Below, piece after piece: positions 62,330 through 64,000 of a DNA stretch of 64,000 nucleotides (within the stretch, counting starts at the first letter, position 1; the number at the start of each line of letters is the position of its first letter). Source of the DNA: Narcine bancroftii (taxonomy: Eukaryota); the NCBI RefSeq assembly GCF_036971445.1, contig NC_091475.1:201624001-201688000 (forward strand), in the 5' to 3' direction. The notes beneath the pieces were generated by a model. The model saw only the letters and a list, made by a program, of their open reading frames with translations, did not search any database and was not told the origin of the DNA. The position numbers and the translations under genes were made by a program.

Positions 62330-63180
62330 GTGAGAGAGAATAATTTATTCTCAGTGGAATTTGGGAGGCTGAGGGGTGACCTCATCAAGATGTACAAACT
62401 TAGGAAGGGCATAGATATTCAGAACCCTTCTTGCACAGCAAAGGGGTCCAGCACTAGAAGTCATAGATTTAAGGTGAAAGGGGATACATTTGGAAGGAAA
62501 TCAAACAATTGTTTAAAAAGTGAATCACGTCGGCATGCAGAGAAGTTGAAAGGTTTTTTTTCATACTTGAGGCCACTGACTCGTGGTGCGCCATAGGGTT
62601 CAGTGCTGGTCCCACTGCTAGTTTGTCATCTATTTCAAGGGTACAGATGAAAATTAACTCGGTACTGTTCGCAAGTTTTCAGATGACACTAAAGCGTCAG
62701 GTACTGTAGATGGTGAAAATAGTTGCCAAGAGTTGCAGCTGGGCCTTGGTTGGTCGACCAGGTAGGCAGAAGAGTGATCTATGGAACTTAATACGTCTGA
62801 GAGGGGATTTGATAGAGGAAATTATGAAAGGAATAGATAGACTAGACATAAACAGACTCTTTCCCCTGAGGGCAGGGGAAGTTGGAACAAGAGGGCATGA
62901 GTTAAGGGAAAGGGGGCAAAACTTTAGGAGAAATATTAGAGGATGCTTTTTCACTCAGCAAGTGGTGGCAGAATGGAATGATCTTTCAAAAGAGATAGTT
63001 GCGGCAGGGACCCTGCTGTCATTTAAGAGAAGGTTGGATGTGTACATGGAGGTGAGGGAGTGGAGGGTTATGGGCAGAGAGCGGGAGGGTTGAGCTAGGG
63101 AGTTGTTCAAATGAACCGGTGTGGACTCGAAGGGCTGACTTGGCCTGATTCTGTGCTGTAAACGGTTATATGGTTATATG
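62330..63180 (+). mobile_element. Cluster of CR1-like LINE fragments
   Basis: RLRGDLI...TRGHEL...FFTQQVVAEWNDL, with a TATGGTTA tail. Confidence 0.8.
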
Positions 63181-64000
63181 AAATGTGAGATCTTGCATTT
63201 GGAAAACTAACATAGCCAGGACTGACATACAGAATGGTAGGGGTCTGGGCAGTAGAGTAGTCTCGAAGTACAGGTCTATAGAACTTTACAGCACAGTACC
63301 AGCCCTTCAGTCCACGATGTTGTGCCACCATCCTGCAGCAGGTTTAAGGTGAAGGGGGAGAGTTTGAATAGGAAACTGAGGCTTAACAATTTTCACACAA
63401 AGGGTGGTGAGTATGTCAAATGGGCTGCCAGAGGAGTTCATTGAGGCAGGTGCTATTTGCTATCAGCAGAAATTGCCCAGTGCCCCTTTCAGACAGAGAA
63501 AGAGAAGCAAAATAAAGTTGTCCCAGGGTCAACGAATGTCCATGGCTTTGCCTTCAGTGCTCCCACAGCCTCCGCAGACACACAGTCTTCAGTCCAAACC
63601 ATCAGTAGCCCGATTTCCAGATGCACCCTTTGATACCATCAGGAAGCCTCCAGCACCCTTGGCACTCTCTTGCATCTCAGTTCCCTGAGATATCTGGTGC
63701 CCTTCAGCCAGTCTCCAGCAGCCCACAGCCTGGCGTGAGTCCTTTGACCACAGAGGCCTGCAGCCTCCATGGATTCCTCACCTTGAGTCACCATGAGCCC
63801 GCCGCCTGTGTGTTCTTCAGCCTCAGAGCACCTCACTGGTCTGCCACAGTGGTCACCACCCCATAGGTCATCTCCCTGTTGATGCCCTGCACCAGTCCTC
63901 CACTTCCCTGCAGTCTGCAGCCTCTCATAACCACAGCAAAAACATAGGTGCCGCTATCTTGGGCCAGAACCCAAAGTTGTGGGATTTTAAAATAAACTAT

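Overview
Eukaryotic, repeat-dense vertebrate DNA. The repeat complement (V-SINE/HE1-like SINEs, CR1, Rex/Babar-like, RTE, Penelope-like GIY-YIG fragments) points to a cartilaginous fish; this is an inference. Two plus-strand spliced genes are supported. One is a complete AKAP17A (SFRS17A/XE7) coding region with 4 coding exons (29468-39910, about 737 aa), whose probable CpG/YY1 promoter and non-coding first exon lie near 18.3-18.5 kb. The other is the first four coding exons of ASMT (46455-60366), which continues past the window. The AKAP17A-ASMT adjacency matches human PAR1. Nearly all other ORFs in the track are transposon debris, and the 824-aa ORF is an artefact of a ~2.07-kb G-rich 20-bp minisatellite. 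I found no evidence of a new protein-coding system. The best unexplained structures are: (1) a 1.58-kb insertion bounded by two inverted LTR 5' ends and one 4-bp TSD, carrying a non-LTR, coding-like core; (2) a Gypsy element with no tRNA PBS but a 15-bp fold-back over its polyA signal, a possible self-priming site; (3) two independent LINE insertions (L1 and RTE) with twin-priming-type 5' inversions; (4) the G-skewed minisatellite just downstream of the putative AKAP17A first donor; (5) a 5S rRNA-headed SINE or chimera; (6) templated-insertion scars at a hAT MITE end. All coordinates were read by eye and repeat boundaries are approximate.
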